Origin: Candidatus Hermodarchaeota archaeon
Lineage (GTDB): Archaea; Asgardarchaeota; Thorarchaeia; Thorarchaeales; Thorarchaeaceae
Reading direction: 5' to 3'
Assembly: GCA_048885865.1 (NCBI GenBank)
Contig: JBHLLF010000008.1
Location: 38,926 to 102,925 of the forward strand
Length of the DNA: 64,000 bases
How positions within the stretch are numbered: the stretch's first letter is position 1; each line of letters opens with the position of its first letter. The position numbers were made by a program, and so were the translations under genes. Below are positions 41,001 to 49,349 of this stretch, in pieces. The notes under the pieces were generated by a model. The model was not told where the DNA came from. It did no database searches and was given only the letters and a program-made list of their open reading frames with translations.

Positions 41001-44000
41001 TATCCAAGCAATCAAGCGGGCGTGTGTGCCATTGAAATCTTGGTCAAACAGCTCGATTTCGTGGTCCAAGACAAGGTCGCCAATAGCGAATGCAATGTCG
41101 GCACCATCAGGTCTTACATCTGTGACGAGGTCAGTATCATATAGATCAATGAGAACAGGGAAGTTCTCAAGGCTTGATGCAACTTTATTGTGATCAATAA
41201 CAATGGATTTTCTATGTGAGAATGGAAGAGAGAATGGCAATCCTTGATACGCGGGTTCCGTTGAATGCCAGATAGCTCCAGATGGATCCAGCAAATCAAT
41301 AGAAGTAATTGACCCAAACATGGAAGGAGCTAGGCTTCGAAAACGAATTGAATCTCCTACTGCGAATGTTCCGGTGGAAGAGAAAATCCCTCCTGAAAGA
41401 CCCATATCAAGATTTATGATTTGGTTTCTATCCTGGAACTCTAATTTCCAGATGCCATGCATATTTGCGGCACGGGGAAAGACTGTGAGTCCTTGTCCCG
41501 ATCTTATCCAATCCACATATTCCGTTTTCTGGGTGCCGAGTGGACTTGTAACTGCAATCGGTTTCCATTCCGCTGTAGGATAATTGATGCTGAATCCCAG
41601 ATAATCCACACCAATCGGTGCCGCCAGCTCTATTTTCGCAGTCCAAAGCGGAGGAGTTCCATTAGCGACTGAATAGCTTATTCCAGGCGAAAGATCATTT
41701 GTAAGACTTTGACTAGCGCTGCTAATGTTGAGCTCCATTGTCGCAGAAAGAGACACAGCTGAATTTGAATTCGTTGTGAATCCAACACACACCTCATTTG
41801 TGACAGTTCCTGACTCCTCCCCAACAGAATAGAATGATGAGGGATCCTTCTGATTCAGATACTCAGTGTATATCCAATTGGGATCAAGAGGATGCATTGC
41901 TATTCTAACTTCATCAATAAAGCCATCCAGCTCGTATCCTGGCCTTGAGAGGCTAAATGGTTGTGTTGTACTAAGACTCTGAAAGCTTGTCAATGATGAG
42001 CCAGATCCCGTTATAGTTCCATCTCGGAATATGAGGACTCTGTTTGTTTCTCTATTGACGACAGCAACGAGATAGACCCATTCTCCGAATGTGATGGGCG
42101 ATGAGGTAGTAGTTCTCACTATGCTCCCATCACTGATCCACGAGCTTATAGAACTCGCATCGTTTGATGTTTCTATGTCATATCCTGCGTTTATGGAGGA
42201 AGACCCACCTTTGTAAAAGGGTATCTGATATGTTCCAGTATTGGAATCTATTCTCACCCAGATGCTGTATGAGAAGCTAGATGTTCCAAAATCAAGGTGG
42301 CCATCAGATGGGTCACCAAAGTTGACAGTTCCATCGATTCCATCAAAAGAGTACGCTTGACCTATATAGCCACTAGTCCCTTGCAATATTCCACCACTAG
42401 GAGTTCCTTGTGTCCCATGCAATGTTGAATCCAGTGCATTCCCAGAATCTTCCGATAGGTGCCATACGCCTGCATAACGATTAGACCACACACCAGCTGG
42501 ATTCTCTTGACTGCCGACGTCGGGATTACCATAAAGCATTGTAATTTCAGTGTCTAATGAAGATGAGAGAAACGGTATACGTACCCATGCAACCAAGTGT
42601 GCATGAGTTGGGCTGTAAGTCTGATCGAATATTTCTATCTCATGATCCAAAACAAGATCCCCAATTCGGAATGAGATGTCATCACCGTCAGGTTGCACCT
42701 TTGCACGCAAATCCTCGTCAAAAAGCTCGACTAGAAGTGGAAAATCGTTAACGTCTGCTAGGACCTTGCTACTATCGACAGTGATGGTCTTCTTGTTAGC
42801 AAATCCCTGAGTTTGAAATAGGACTTCACTTCCTATCGAATAGAAATCCTGCGGATTGTTCTGATTGGCATATTCAGCAGAAATCCAAGCGGCAGAACGA
42901 TCAGTAGTGGAAACCCGAACCTCGTCTATTATGCCCAGAAACTCGTATCCAGTATCGCCGTTGCCATGAGTTCCAATCTCTAAATCATTGCCGAGGTCGT
43001 ATATGATTGAATTGGTATCTCCATTACTGTCTACTTGTTGGCCATCGATATATAGAAACATACCAGTTGGTCTTTGAACAGCAACAAGATGATGAAAACC
43101 ATCTCCAGTCACATTCACCCCCATAGGAGCCATATTCACCCATGAGCCGGCAATGCGTTTGAAGAAGAGTACTCTACCATTACTCCATACTCTAAGCGCA
43201 TAGCTATCCCCTCTGGTCACTACTTCTCCTCCAACCGACTCATCAACTTTCACCCATGCAGAGATAGTTATCTGGCTTGCCTGGTCGGTGTTGACTGGAT
43301 TGGACACAGTGACATGGTCATTGTCTCCTCCAAAGCTAAAAGCTCCATCAATCTGCCCCGCGGCATCAGTAGACCCGCCGCCCCCATCTTGGAAGTTCAA
43401 TGGAGTTCCGTCATTGCCATTGGCTGTCGAGTCCTTGGCCCCTCCCGGTGTACCGTCGCTTGGCGCCCTATTCAAGTGCCACACGCCGGCATAGTTGTTG
43501 CTCCATACGTCGCTGGGATTCTCAGAGTTATCGTAGGTTGGATTGCCGTAGAGCATGGACAAGGTTGTGTCAGCTGTTGATGAAACATCGGTCTTAATCC
43601 AAGCTACTAGATGAGCATGAGTGGAGTTATATGATTGATTAAAAAGCTCAATCTCGTGTGGAAGAACCACGCCATCTTTTGTGAACACAATGTCGTCACC
43701 ATCAGCTTGGGCATCAAATCTGAGGTCTGTATCATATGTATCGACTAATAGCGGGAAGTCTGTCAAGTCGGCATCGACTTTCGTGTGATCTATTACGATC
43801 TCTTTGTGGTAGAGAAAACCTCCAACTGTTTCGAATAGAGGTATTTCACTTCCAATAGAGAAGAAACTGGCAGTGCTATATTGATTATTGAATTCAGCTG
43901 TAATCCAGTCAGCAGAACGAGCTATATCTGAAATGCGGATCTCATCAATCGTTCCCTTGAACCAATCTGCAGCCCCCCAGATATAATCCAAGACTCCAAT

Positions 44001-47000
44001 ACTTGCCTTATCAGTGGTCAATGTTCCCGCATCTTGCGTACTGTTTCCATCGGAAATGCCATCGATGTACAGCTCACGGTTTGCCTTCGACCGCTGAACA
44101 AGAGTAACGAAGTGCCACTGGCTATCCTCTACGTTGGTCGAGCCAATCACTTGCGCGTAATAGCCAGTTTCTGTTTCTGAATAGAATCGCACCTCTGAAT
44201 TAGTGTCATCTACATATAGGAAGAGATAGTCTGATACACCTGTGTCTCCCTCACTGTATATCGTCCGCTGGTCTGCTGTATCGGCACCTATTCTTATCCA
44301 AGCTGAGATTGTCCAAGCCGCACCGTTTCCGATGACCACACCAGGAAGACTCACCCCGTCATTAGACCCATCGAAATCCAGAGAACCATCAATCTGCCCT
44401 GCTATTTGGTCGCCTGAACTCATACCTCCTGAAGAAGTGCCATCATTATCATTGGAGGTCGAATCATAAATCGTTCCAGTTGGATCATCATTCATATGCC
44501 AGACTGCGCCGTATGAATTGCTCCACACACTGATAGGATTCTCAAGGTTCACAGCCGAAGGATTTCCATAATACATTGAAACTACAGTATCCATGGAAGA
44601 CAAGAGGTCAGTTTTAACCCAAGCGACAAGATGGGCATGAGTAGAATTGTAGTTTGGGTCGAAGAGCTCAATCTCATGGGGTAGAATCCAGCTCCCCTTT
44701 AGAAACAAGATATCATCACCATCAAACTGGACATCAGTCTTCAAGTCTGCATCATAGATATCAATCAGCAATGGGAAGTCTTCCAAGTCCGAATTTACCT
44801 TTGTGTGGTCAATAACTATGTCTTTCCTGAAATTGAATTGAATTGCCTGTGTCAATTCAGGACCAAGGGATATGGAAGGTTCAGGGCTCAGAAATGGCCT
44901 AAGAAATGCATCATCTGCATAAATCGTATTAGGCTCCGTCTGCGGGGACGCCCAATAGAACACTGTGCAGAATCTATCAATACCCTCGGTCCCGAGGTTT
45001 CTGCCTGTTTCCTCAATCTCGAGATTTCCATCCATCCACAATCTCGCCTCGCCATTGGTGTCAGAGATTCGAGCCTGCATCTCTAGCATATGCCAAGAAC
45101 CTGTGGAAATAGTACTTGTAGCCATGTAGCCATAGGCTTCCCCGGCGATTGCGTTCCACATATACAGCGTCATGTCATCCTTTATTGTAACGCTAATCTG
45201 GTTCTGCCACCCAGTCGAAGTGTCAACATACTGCATTATGGTTACATGATCGGTGGTTGAGAATCCTGCTGGTAGGTAGAAGTGAACTCGAGCAAGTAGA
45301 TTCATCGAGTCACTGAAATCCCACCAGACCATCCCTTGAGCGGCTGCCTGGTTATCTACATCTGCTCTGACTGCATAGGTGCCGGAGTGGACTGGAATGA
45401 GCGGTGTATTTAGAACCAGCAATGTATCACCAATATCAGTATACGAACCATTCCAGCCATCAAGATTTCCACTCTCAAACCCATCATAGAAGGAGAACAC
45501 GCGTGAGCTATCACTTGGAGGAGAGCTAGACAAAGGATTACCATAGTAAAGGTAGTAGCCCGAATCTGAAGAAGACGCTGGAATTGATGTTTGTGTCTTG
45601 AACCATATCTTGGTAGAATCACTATTCCAAGTCGAATCAGTGTCCAGCATCCTATCGAGTTCGATCCATTGGGATCCATCCCAATACACTACACGAATGT
45701 CGTCCCCATTTGCCAAGGATTTTCCTTCGCTCACTAGCGCCGCATGATCAAATGTCAGATGGACTGAATATCCTGCAGGGATATTAGATGCATCGGCAGA
45801 AACTGTGGCTGCTTTTCGATAACTCCAATCTGAATCGAACCATGCTATTTGGCTCTCTTGACCTATGCTGTAGAATGCCAATGGGCTGATTTGGTTTCTG
45901 TAGCTTGTCAAGACCCATTCAGAAGTCCGAGCGTTTTTAGATACCCTCGCTTCATCAATTAGACCATCCCATTCTTGGTCAAGACCTACCGAACCTGGAT
46001 TATTGCCTATATGAAGGACTGAGTCTCCAACCTGCATTGAACCAGTATAGGCAGCAGTGTTTTGTAGGATACCATCAACAAAAAGATACAGATTCTGCTG
46101 GGTGGCATCAGCAACACCCACCAGATGATGCCAACTCCCATCATTAATTAGACTATACGCTGTACTCACTAGCTGCGTGTCATCCACGAAGAATGCCAGG
46201 GTACTAGCATCCAATTTCCCGAGCCAGTAGTTTCTATTGCCTACCTCATTCCATTTTGCAAGGATAGCATCTGAGGAGATGTCTGTATTATTTGTACGCA
46301 CCCAGGCTTCAACAGTTACACTTCCTGGTATTGCTAGGCTGTTGCCATGGGGAACCTCAACTCGACGTAGAGTCGCACCGTAGAACTCTGCTGACATACC
46401 AATTTTCCCTATGACATAGCCCGGCTCATTGCCTGGAGGCTCACCCGTCCCATCATTGCTGAATGATGTGCTATCGAAGTTGGTGCCGGCGGGATCCTCA
46501 TCTAGGTGCCATACTCCAACAAAGTCGTCGTCCCACACTCCTTCTACCGTTTCCTGATTTCCAACATACCTGTTTCCGTAAAGCATCACAATGTCTGTGT
46601 TCCTGGCTGATGAAAGAAATGGAACACGTACCCATGCTACCAGGTGAGCACGAGTCCCATCCCCTGTACGATCAAATAGTACTATCTCATGATCTAGAGT
46701 TTCATGACCGATCATGAACCCGATGTCGTCCCCATCTGGTTGAACAACAGTATGCAAGTCCGCATCCCAAATATCAACCAAGACCGGGAAATCATATAGG
46801 TCGCCGGCCACCTTCATATGGTCAATGCTTATTGTCTTGCTCTTTTCAAAGCTATATACAATGTCCTCAGATTCCGGAGCTAGATAGTCCACGAATAGCC
46901 TAGAAAGATCAGCTTGAGGATAATTGCTTGATCCTTTGACGTTGTTCCAGGACAAGTCATTTGTCGAGTGTGCATATTCAAGCATGATACAGACATAATT

Positions 47001-48515
47001 GCCGCTCTGCCAATCAGTTCTAGAAACAACCTTTTGCAGAATTGGAGCGATGTTAGGAGAGGCATATCTGGTGCCTGCAGTCCAGTCACTAGGAGTCCAT
47101 ATAATATCAGTATCAACCCAGTTGTAGCGGTCAGTGAGTTCGGGAAGACCAGTGGTGAACGCAGTGACTGTATTCTCGTTTGCAACAAGTATCCGCATTC
47201 TGCCATCAAAAGTGTCTGTCAGATATTGAGCGCCAGTTTCAGCTTCCACTTCCAAATACGCTGAAGTAATCGCACTGCCTTGTGGGACATCCAAAGGAAA
47301 CTGAAGCCCCACTTGGTATGCATAGGCTGTACTCCAGTCAGGAAATGCTGGGGCATTCGCTCCCATATTCAAAACACCATTGTCGCTAGGACCGTTGAGA
47401 TCTATTCCTGAACTCACATTACTATAGCAGTCTCTATTGGCACCATCTGGAACATAGGGGGAAATTGAACCTGCAGTTGAACCCTTTACTGAAACTCCGT
47501 TGGCTTTCAGGTTAATCTGTTCGGGGAAGGGTCTGACATTGAGTCTTAGTTCAATCTCATCTATATACGCCACATGGCTGCCTCCGACTCCGGGTTGGCC
47601 GCTTATGTCAGTCCCAAGTCCTATATCGAACAGCACTGAATTAGGCACAGTTAGTGTCTGAAGATAGGAATTCGGCACAGTGACTTGAGCTTCAATCCAT
47701 GTGTCTACAGGGTCCCCCGTGTCAAACACCTCAAGCTTGGTCACAAAATCCCCAAATCTCGCAAAGAGATGGACGCCGTTGTCCATATCCGATAGGCTAC
47801 GCACATAGTAGAGGAAGTTGATTTCAGCTGAGTATAATTCTCTCCATGGAGCTAATACCTGTTGCCTTAAGTAGACTTCATTTGTTGGCTCGAGAGGCGT
47901 TGTGCCTGCGTAGTTGCCAGCGAACTCCCACCCCATTGTATCACCATATCCTGCCCCAAGACTGCCGTATAGCTCGAAAGTACCCTGAAGAGGATGCTGG
48001 GAACCTGTCGCAGGATCTGACTTCTCCAGTGTCCATCCATCAGGCACATCGAAGTTATCACCGTTGAACTGAGAATCAGTACCTGTGAAAAGCCATCTTT
48101 CATTGTGATATGTATCAAGCTTCGGATTAATCAGTGCGTTATCGACCCACATGGACAGGTCATCTAGATTTGTAGTCAGATGATCACTAGTCCAACTTTC
48201 TGGAATGTTCATCGTTAGGTATCCGGGCATAGAGGAATCAAAGGAAGCTGTGCCATATCCAGAATAGAGACCATTCAAATCAATGGGTAATGATTCACCT
48301 GTGCCCTCAAAGGATCCTGTGCCTTCAGCTAAATAGCTAGAGTCATTTCCTGCTGAGGACTCTCGCAATCCTCTTAATGGCGCTGGAAATGTCGGATGCT
48401 CAATTGATGGTGCGAGGAAAAAGAATACAATCAATGCAACAGCGGCAATTCTCTTCATCCCAGCCAAACCCTTTACGCCAACACCTATCTGGATACAATG
48501 TCGAACATTCGACAA
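32037..48515 (-). CDS. Giant-2: ~5.5k-aa single-pass surface protein; DNRLRE-like domain, 5+1 DUF2341/LamG-type cassettes, Ig-like stalk, TM helix, ~227-aa tail; likely start ATG 48458
   Basis: MKRIAAVALIVFFFLA signal peptide; GLQFPLDVPQGSAITSAYLEV; cassette starts at about 46850, 45843, 44840, 43820, 42805 and 41230; TM LPTIAIVILGAILW followed by SRVFRLPEMLKK; stop overlaps the giant-3 start (ATGA). Confidence 0.95.
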   Translation of the reverse strand: MSNVRHCIQIGVGVKGLAGMKRIAAVALIVFFFLAPSIEHPTFPAPLRGLRESSAGNDSSYLAEGTGSFEGTGESLPIDLNGLYSGYGTASFDSSMPGYLTMNIPESWTSDHLTTNLDDLSMWVDNALINPKLDTYHNERWLFTGTDSQFNGDNFDVPDGWTLEKSDPATGSQHPLQGTFELYGSLGAGYGDTMGWEFAGNYAGTTPLEPTNEVYLRQQVLAPWRELYSAEINFLYYVRSLSDMDNGVHLFARFGDFVTKLEVFDTGDPVDTWIEAQVTVPNSYLQTLTVPNSVLFDIGLGTDISGQPGVGGSHVAYIDEIELRLNVRPFPEQINLKANGVSVKGSTAGSISPYVPDGANRDCYSNVSSGIDLNGPSDNGVLNMGANAPAFPDWSTAYAYQVGLQFPLDVPQGSAITSAYLEVEAETGAQYLTDTFDGRMRILVANENTVTAFTTGLPELTDRYNWVDTDIIWTPSDWTAGTRYASPNIAPILQKVVSRTDWQSGNYVCIMLEYAHSTNDLSWNNVKGSSNYPQADLSRLFVDYLAPESEDIVYSFEKSKTISIDHMKVAGDLYDFPVLVDIWDADLHTVVQPDGDDIGFMIGHETLDHEIVLFDRTGDGTRAHLVAWVRVPFLSSARNTDIVMLYGNRYVGNQETVEGVWDDDFVGVWHLDEDPAGTNFDSTSFSNDGTGEPPGNEPGYVIGKIGMSAEFYGATLRRVEVPHGNSLAIPGSVTVEAWVRTNNTDISSDAILAKWNEVGNRNYWLGKLDASTLAFFVDDTQLVSTAYSLINDGSWHHLVGVADATQQNLYLFVDGILQNTAAYTGSMQVGDSVLHIGNNPGSVGLDQEWDGLIDEARVSKNARTSEWVLTSYRNQISPLAFYSIGQESQIAWFDSDWSYRKAATVSADASNIPAGYSVHLTFDHAALVSEGKSLANGDDIRVVYWDGSQWIELDRMLDTDSTWNSDSTKIWFKTQTSIPASSSDSGYYLYYGNPLSSSPPSDSSRVFSFYDGFESGNLDGWNGSYTDIGDTLLVLNTPLIPVHSGTYAVRADVDNQAAAQGMVWWDFSDSMNLLARVHFYLPAGFSTTDHVTIMQYVDTSTGWQNQISVTIKDDMTLYMWNAIAGEAYGYMATSTISTGSWHMLEMQARISDTNGEARLWMDGNLEIEETGRNLGTEGIDRFCTVFYWASPQTEPNTIYADDAFLRPFLSPEPSISLGPELTQAIQFNFRKDIVIDHTKVNSDLEDFPLLIDIYDADLKTDVQFDGDDILFLKGSWILPHEIELFDPNYNSTHAHLVAWVKTDLLSSMDTVVSMYYGNPSAVNLENPISVWSNSYGAVWHMNDDPTGTIYDSTSNDNDGTSSGGMSSGDQIAGQIDGSLDFDGSNDGVSLPGVVIGNGAAWTISAWIRIGADTADQRTIYSEGDTGVSDYLFLYVDDTNSEVRFYSETETGYYAQVIGSTNVEDSQWHFVTLVQRSKANRELYIDGISDGNSTQDAGTLTTDKASIGVLDYIWGAADWFKGTIDEIRISDIARSADWITAEFNNQYSTASFFSIGSEIPLFETVGGFLYHKEIVIDHTKVDADLTDFPLLVDTYDTDLRFDAQADGDDIVFTKDGVVLPHEIELFNQSYNSTHAHLVAWIKTDVSSTADTTLSMLYGNPTYDNSENPSDVWSNNYAGVWHLNRAPSDGTPGGAKDSTANGNDGTPLNFQDGGGGSTDAAGQIDGAFSFGGDNDHVTVSNPVNTDQASQITISAWVKVDESVGGEVVTRGDSYALRVWSNGRVLFFKRIAGSWVNMAPMGVNVTGDGFHHLVAVQRPTGMFLYIDGQQVDSNGDTNSIIYDLGNDLEIGTHGNGDTGYEFLGIIDEVRVSTTDRSAAWISAEYANQNNPQDFYSIGSEVLFQTQGFANKKTITVDSSKVLADVNDFPLLVELFDEDLRAKVQPDGDDISFRIGDLVLDHEIEIFDQTYSPTHAHLVAWVRIPFLSSSLDTEITMLYGNPDVGSQENPAGVWSNRYAGVWHLSEDSGNALDSTLHGTQGTPSGGILQGTSGYIGQAYSFDGIDGTVNFGDPSDGHLDFGTSSFSYSIWVRIDSNTGTYQIPFYKGGSSSINAGYDIETSNDASSISSWISDGSIVRTTTSSPITFGEWVYLVAVVNRETNRVLIFRDGTITGSGSSLTSFQSLSTTQPFSLSRPGYELDGFIDEVRIAMHPLDPNWIYTEYLNQKDPSSFYSVGEESGTVTNEVCVGFTTNSNSAVSLSATMELNISSASQSLTNDLSPGISYSVANGTPPLWTAKIELAAPIGVDYLGFSINYPTAEWKPIAVTSPLGTQKTEYVDWIRSGQGLTVFPRAANMHGIWKLEFQDRNQIINLDMGLSGGIFSSTGTFAVGDSIRFRSLAPSMFGSITSIDLLDPSGAIWHSTEPAYQGLPFSLPFSHRKSIVIDHNKVASSLENFPVLIDLYDTDLVTDVRPDGADIAFAIGDLVLDHEIELFDQDFNGTHARLIAWIEVPHLSANADTTISMYYGNPYAPNRENPAGVWDSNYAGVWHLGEIGTGLANEYADSSIYANHGQGGLGNSSYVPTQTPGAIGFGQDFVDHFIDCGNDTSLDITGSEITLQLWMQYPATHPNMGPLNHKGWYNGYRLVMPQNSQNINFNLHGSDYSLGTSQSFAPNEWHHVVAVYNGTHMRFYIDGNPDPASLEKNDDILSALPEPFRIGHGDHPEAKAWSFPWLGQIDEVRVSSVARSSDWIWTEHQNQADPQSFVTIGLEESIGNYTTSDINLDASASEGLWTARIRYRSSTGLPGGSVGTLSRNFIVTHSAAIGLTAPSDALSDHIASREAGDEVYLEVELIDTVTSNIVTGATVTINWTVLGTPTLVQLNDFGNGRYGKTLNTSDLGEARRWRIEFSSYHQYYANATEYVDIDLSHRSYLTSMPPNPIPYGEDFIVKVNLRDAFDNSLISGATITSNGTFSLSPVDYGNGTYLISINSSGYNIGTHVFRITAEPIDPLVMSCFLDVTFTYRTIKTTAITTGSNPAEVPYGQTVNTTLQWYDNDNGGIGILGGTITSTASLQFIDLGDGSYGVTVDTSDYALGTHVIHLTVSKQNYQSATASITLNIIPHRTSLGLEINSTTPVGSLTYLSVSYIDLDGGSKLIPSGNLSLILVEWVGGSDTFFSYGFWLDTSGWAVGIHEINVTLQAISSPRFYDDALITSQVEVRKLNVFLTWEHLDPIPNGDDFEMFLHVNVTEPGTAVDGIPINGIASGYFSAENDTGSPYAISVTFLADGRYRLVIGGGAFFEGDYKITIFLDFLPAEIYEDTQTPMIIFTYRATRASLSSQEYPQVATTYNTNVTVSLHYVDLDRSLNITTGSITAQGASIVWQHVGDGYYDVIIVVFGWNQGGHSVNLTADAVGYEAKTLAFEVIVQIAYAYARPTVTSIDLPLGDTYTFYVDYWDITNDEPIIGASLSHNWTHSLAVFWTGSEYRVDFASFDSDPLGSYLILFNFSKGQNYQFGYFNVSINLRTHYTEFRLGSIVEPTSYAGVVNVSLYYGDLDNDVGIWSSNIDVLVRNQTGVISFLSLDNDTSLGSGYYILRISASVFGSTGLYNFTVYLNWTGPGPKFFNGTTSASVNIIGEESKLTLLDSPGPTAYLENMSYLYVYSELYSGDGISNYTTQDVHVYIVFVGESIDDSLIDIGEIDPVGNPGQYTIQFNSTVFGKPGLFTMIVYFNWSAGVAPYYPNKTSVVQVRVTARNTLLSVNPPDSTPYGVNATLSFTFDDATDVILMPIAKQPQMSVVLSLADYSLWYNDTTMTFHISFNTSVLGASIGSKSFTISVSWVGTPFYANVTNRVVLITVLYRETVIEYPTPPPTPFKSNLTLTVNYLDVTENPSVPIDGCTITLEDSIGTIPAVYYSVLALGGGVYEVEFNTTYFTTPGIYDLTVVIVSSNFYIPEASATRSLQIQYRLTTLTANPIGLIPFNDSLNAILQYQDLLTTESIGNGSQPIGIEILNGSSWEFDSQWRSSSQDYLVVIETYNQMLEIGKPYVLLIRMSYPDVAPFYRWSDVYLSFELRYRSSSLQLTDFPMPTAYLDLVNFTILYQDLDLISGIENGEIDIYYGITELVEDIEYFVNAIPGGEYYISIDSTSLAGLGSHIVQVRANWLLGAPYHRNSSLSVGLSIVERAARTDIVVPPNQAAYLDNLTFSFRYSDVSKDQSISITKSLVTIFSGGVQLQQDDFSFVEILGDYYVEINSTILGTGLVSNWNLTLVVNWSPLVAPFYTSDQASMSITTTNRIGLVTLDQPPTVPIGDNMSLIATFVDEGNGLAISGALVDFDCLNPSNLVENVDFWVLRNTQGEGSYEIVVDSNALGSSGTFTFRLKLLWDSGTSPYYRNTTTLYLTGSVRLVQALLTNDIPNPSIVPLYYNCSVVLNFTDLDHSVQITGAEAVANVRYKSTGLAPSIWNIYVVSPGVYQLTVNCSDAAASGTDALIVEIDLYPYQIAELQIPFQIRLRDGELIVRSQVNNWKGENAIVVLELVDRDAFDMPLSGASLALSWADSSTYVDLGNGLYEITLWSSALNAGAYTLQVAGSLSDYFISDISVNIEVRPIPAELTPTSNVPDVYWGENVTISAIYNDTLHDLPISLASLTYEFGTLAGSLSENTPGNYSFSLDTGRLAWATTYVVIITASYQNYQTATAQVTVNVLKLPTEMTLMGGLQSQDLYRGQPVNVTVFVNDTHNGVPLSGAFIEAYWSDTPGAPFYIPAVPGEPGYYSGSMNTGAKDIGTYTLNLVLKKDNYMTAFGIISVKIVQITSTLWLDATTQTYVNRAFNWTDVVRLGVYVLVPSLNPGDPYSTGLSDCLVSWSVSGTSINGLFENGTLLGGPGYFYYDFDTEDLRASTYTIRISAVPTNKTFSEASNTTTLTVLRLKTWVGSPETATHIWGWSGYVSFTYWDLIRNVGVNDAYAYIEWDGGEDQASYLGNGSYSVFVNTSLVRPGTHPIILNLWKENYESGTGVFNLVVLSVPTEIEVYADEVNMQEDDPTNLIVPHGDLLNVICLYNDTTYLRGITGATYLEAVLTHPSMISDKESLPIAELSGGNYTIGFDSSRWFVVDEPYHLIVKIGLENRTTATISVYITIVIVPTTLIYDGLSSISLSFGQTHEIRVRYIDIWPTHGNAGIENGIVNATSFNTRYVIIRSNESDANGGGWYVITISSQFEEGSSVIRIILSKQNHQSSEFSITIAVEPSSTDLLIQSAILYGLPTIAIVILGAILWSRVFRLPEMLKKLNKMIKALKHGVVPKKPDGIKDRQEIIAALFNETCAGVGVTKQPDAMPRFSVRIDVPEIEELLIQLTILTDMTPGELEDFREEVSKMKLSEQVAFTKEVITQQAIKQAKTEGKSLERFLEDLATQARAVIEGRPLIRDEGIGKKKPAKPIDDDGSTEADADRLSESELAKLRKRLIGAGLPEQEIESIMKQVANLPRSLVDELVRTVLGDGGAEP
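41820..46850 (-). repeat. Five tandem ~1-kb DUF2341+lectin-fold cassettes in giant-2 (the second is a different subtype)
   Basis: Recurrent K.I.[IV]D..KV..D..DFP.L...GDDI...HEI..F...AHLVAW...YGN...VWH at about 1010-bp spacing. Confidence 0.87.
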
Positions 48516-48654
48516 GATACCAAGCAGAAAGCCCTCGAAGAAATGAAAAATAAACTATTTTCGTCTATTCGAATCTATTATAGGTCAATATAGCCATTCA
48601 TTTGGGTGAATCCTGACAAACGCAAATCAGCTTTTAGCCAGGCTGAATGCGTTA

Positions 48655-49227
48655 TTACAGCTTTTGCCATTCGTTGATGAAGGTCTTAGCGACTTCAATC
48701 CATTTCTCGACCTTCTCTAGAGTGAATTCATATCCTTTTGGGATTTCAACGGTACCATCAGCGACAGCTTGAGTCACCTCAGCTAGAAGTATGTCAGGCT
48801 CGGCATCAGCCAAGTCCCTGTAGTTTCTAATGCCCACATTTACTATAGCTTCAGAATCTTCTTCTGAAATTCCTTCCAACCAGCAGAACCGACTCATGGC
48901 TTGCCATTTTGATGCCATATCTTCAGAAACACCACAAATTCTAGCAACTTGAATCGTGCCTGCTGCTAGAAGGTCCTCTACGGTAGCGATGCCGGCCCTC
49001 CTCAATTTGGCACCAAAGGCTGAACCAATTCCTTCGACCGTTTCAATCGGGAGTTCCTGTAACTTCGCTGCTGGTTCCTCAACCTTGGGTACATACTCTT
49101 CAGACGGGATTTCCTTGTTCGAGGTTCTGGCAGAAGACGAAGCATCACTTTTAGCAGCACCTTTTGATGAGCAGAAACCTCCTATGATCAGGGGAGTCAG
49201 CAACAATAATGCAAGAAGAGAGTCCAT
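48655..49227 (-). CDS. Membrane-anchored helix-hairpin-helix protein (DUF4332-like)
   Basis: N-terminal hydrophobic stretch, Ser/Glu-rich linker, two HhH units (IETVEGIGSAFGAKLRRAGIATVEDLL; LEGISEEDSEAIVNVGIRNYRDLA) and terminal VEKWIEVAK typical of DUF4332. Confidence 0.8.
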   Translation of the reverse strand: MDSLLALLLLTPLIIGGFCSSKGAAKSDASSSARTSNKEIPSEEYVPKVEEPAAKLQELPIETVEGIGSAFGAKLRRAGIATVEDLLAAGTIQVARICGVSEDMASKWQAMSRFCWLEGISEEDSEAIVNVGIRNYRDLADAEPDILLAEVTQAVADGTVEIPKGYEFTLEKVEKWIEVAKTFINEWQKL

Positions 49228-49349
49228 TTTCTATACCACTCAATCTTTTGACTAGATTCGCTAGACTACGGGGCAAAATGAACCTTTGCTAGGTTATTTG
49301 AAATTCAAATTAGAATGGCGCTGATGGTTTATCCAGAATCATATTATTA

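Noticed and set aside
6310-46850. Possible diversity-generating retroelement acting on the lectin domains
   Set aside because: No reverse transcriptase in the window and no near-identical template/variable repeat pair differing only at adenines was noticed.
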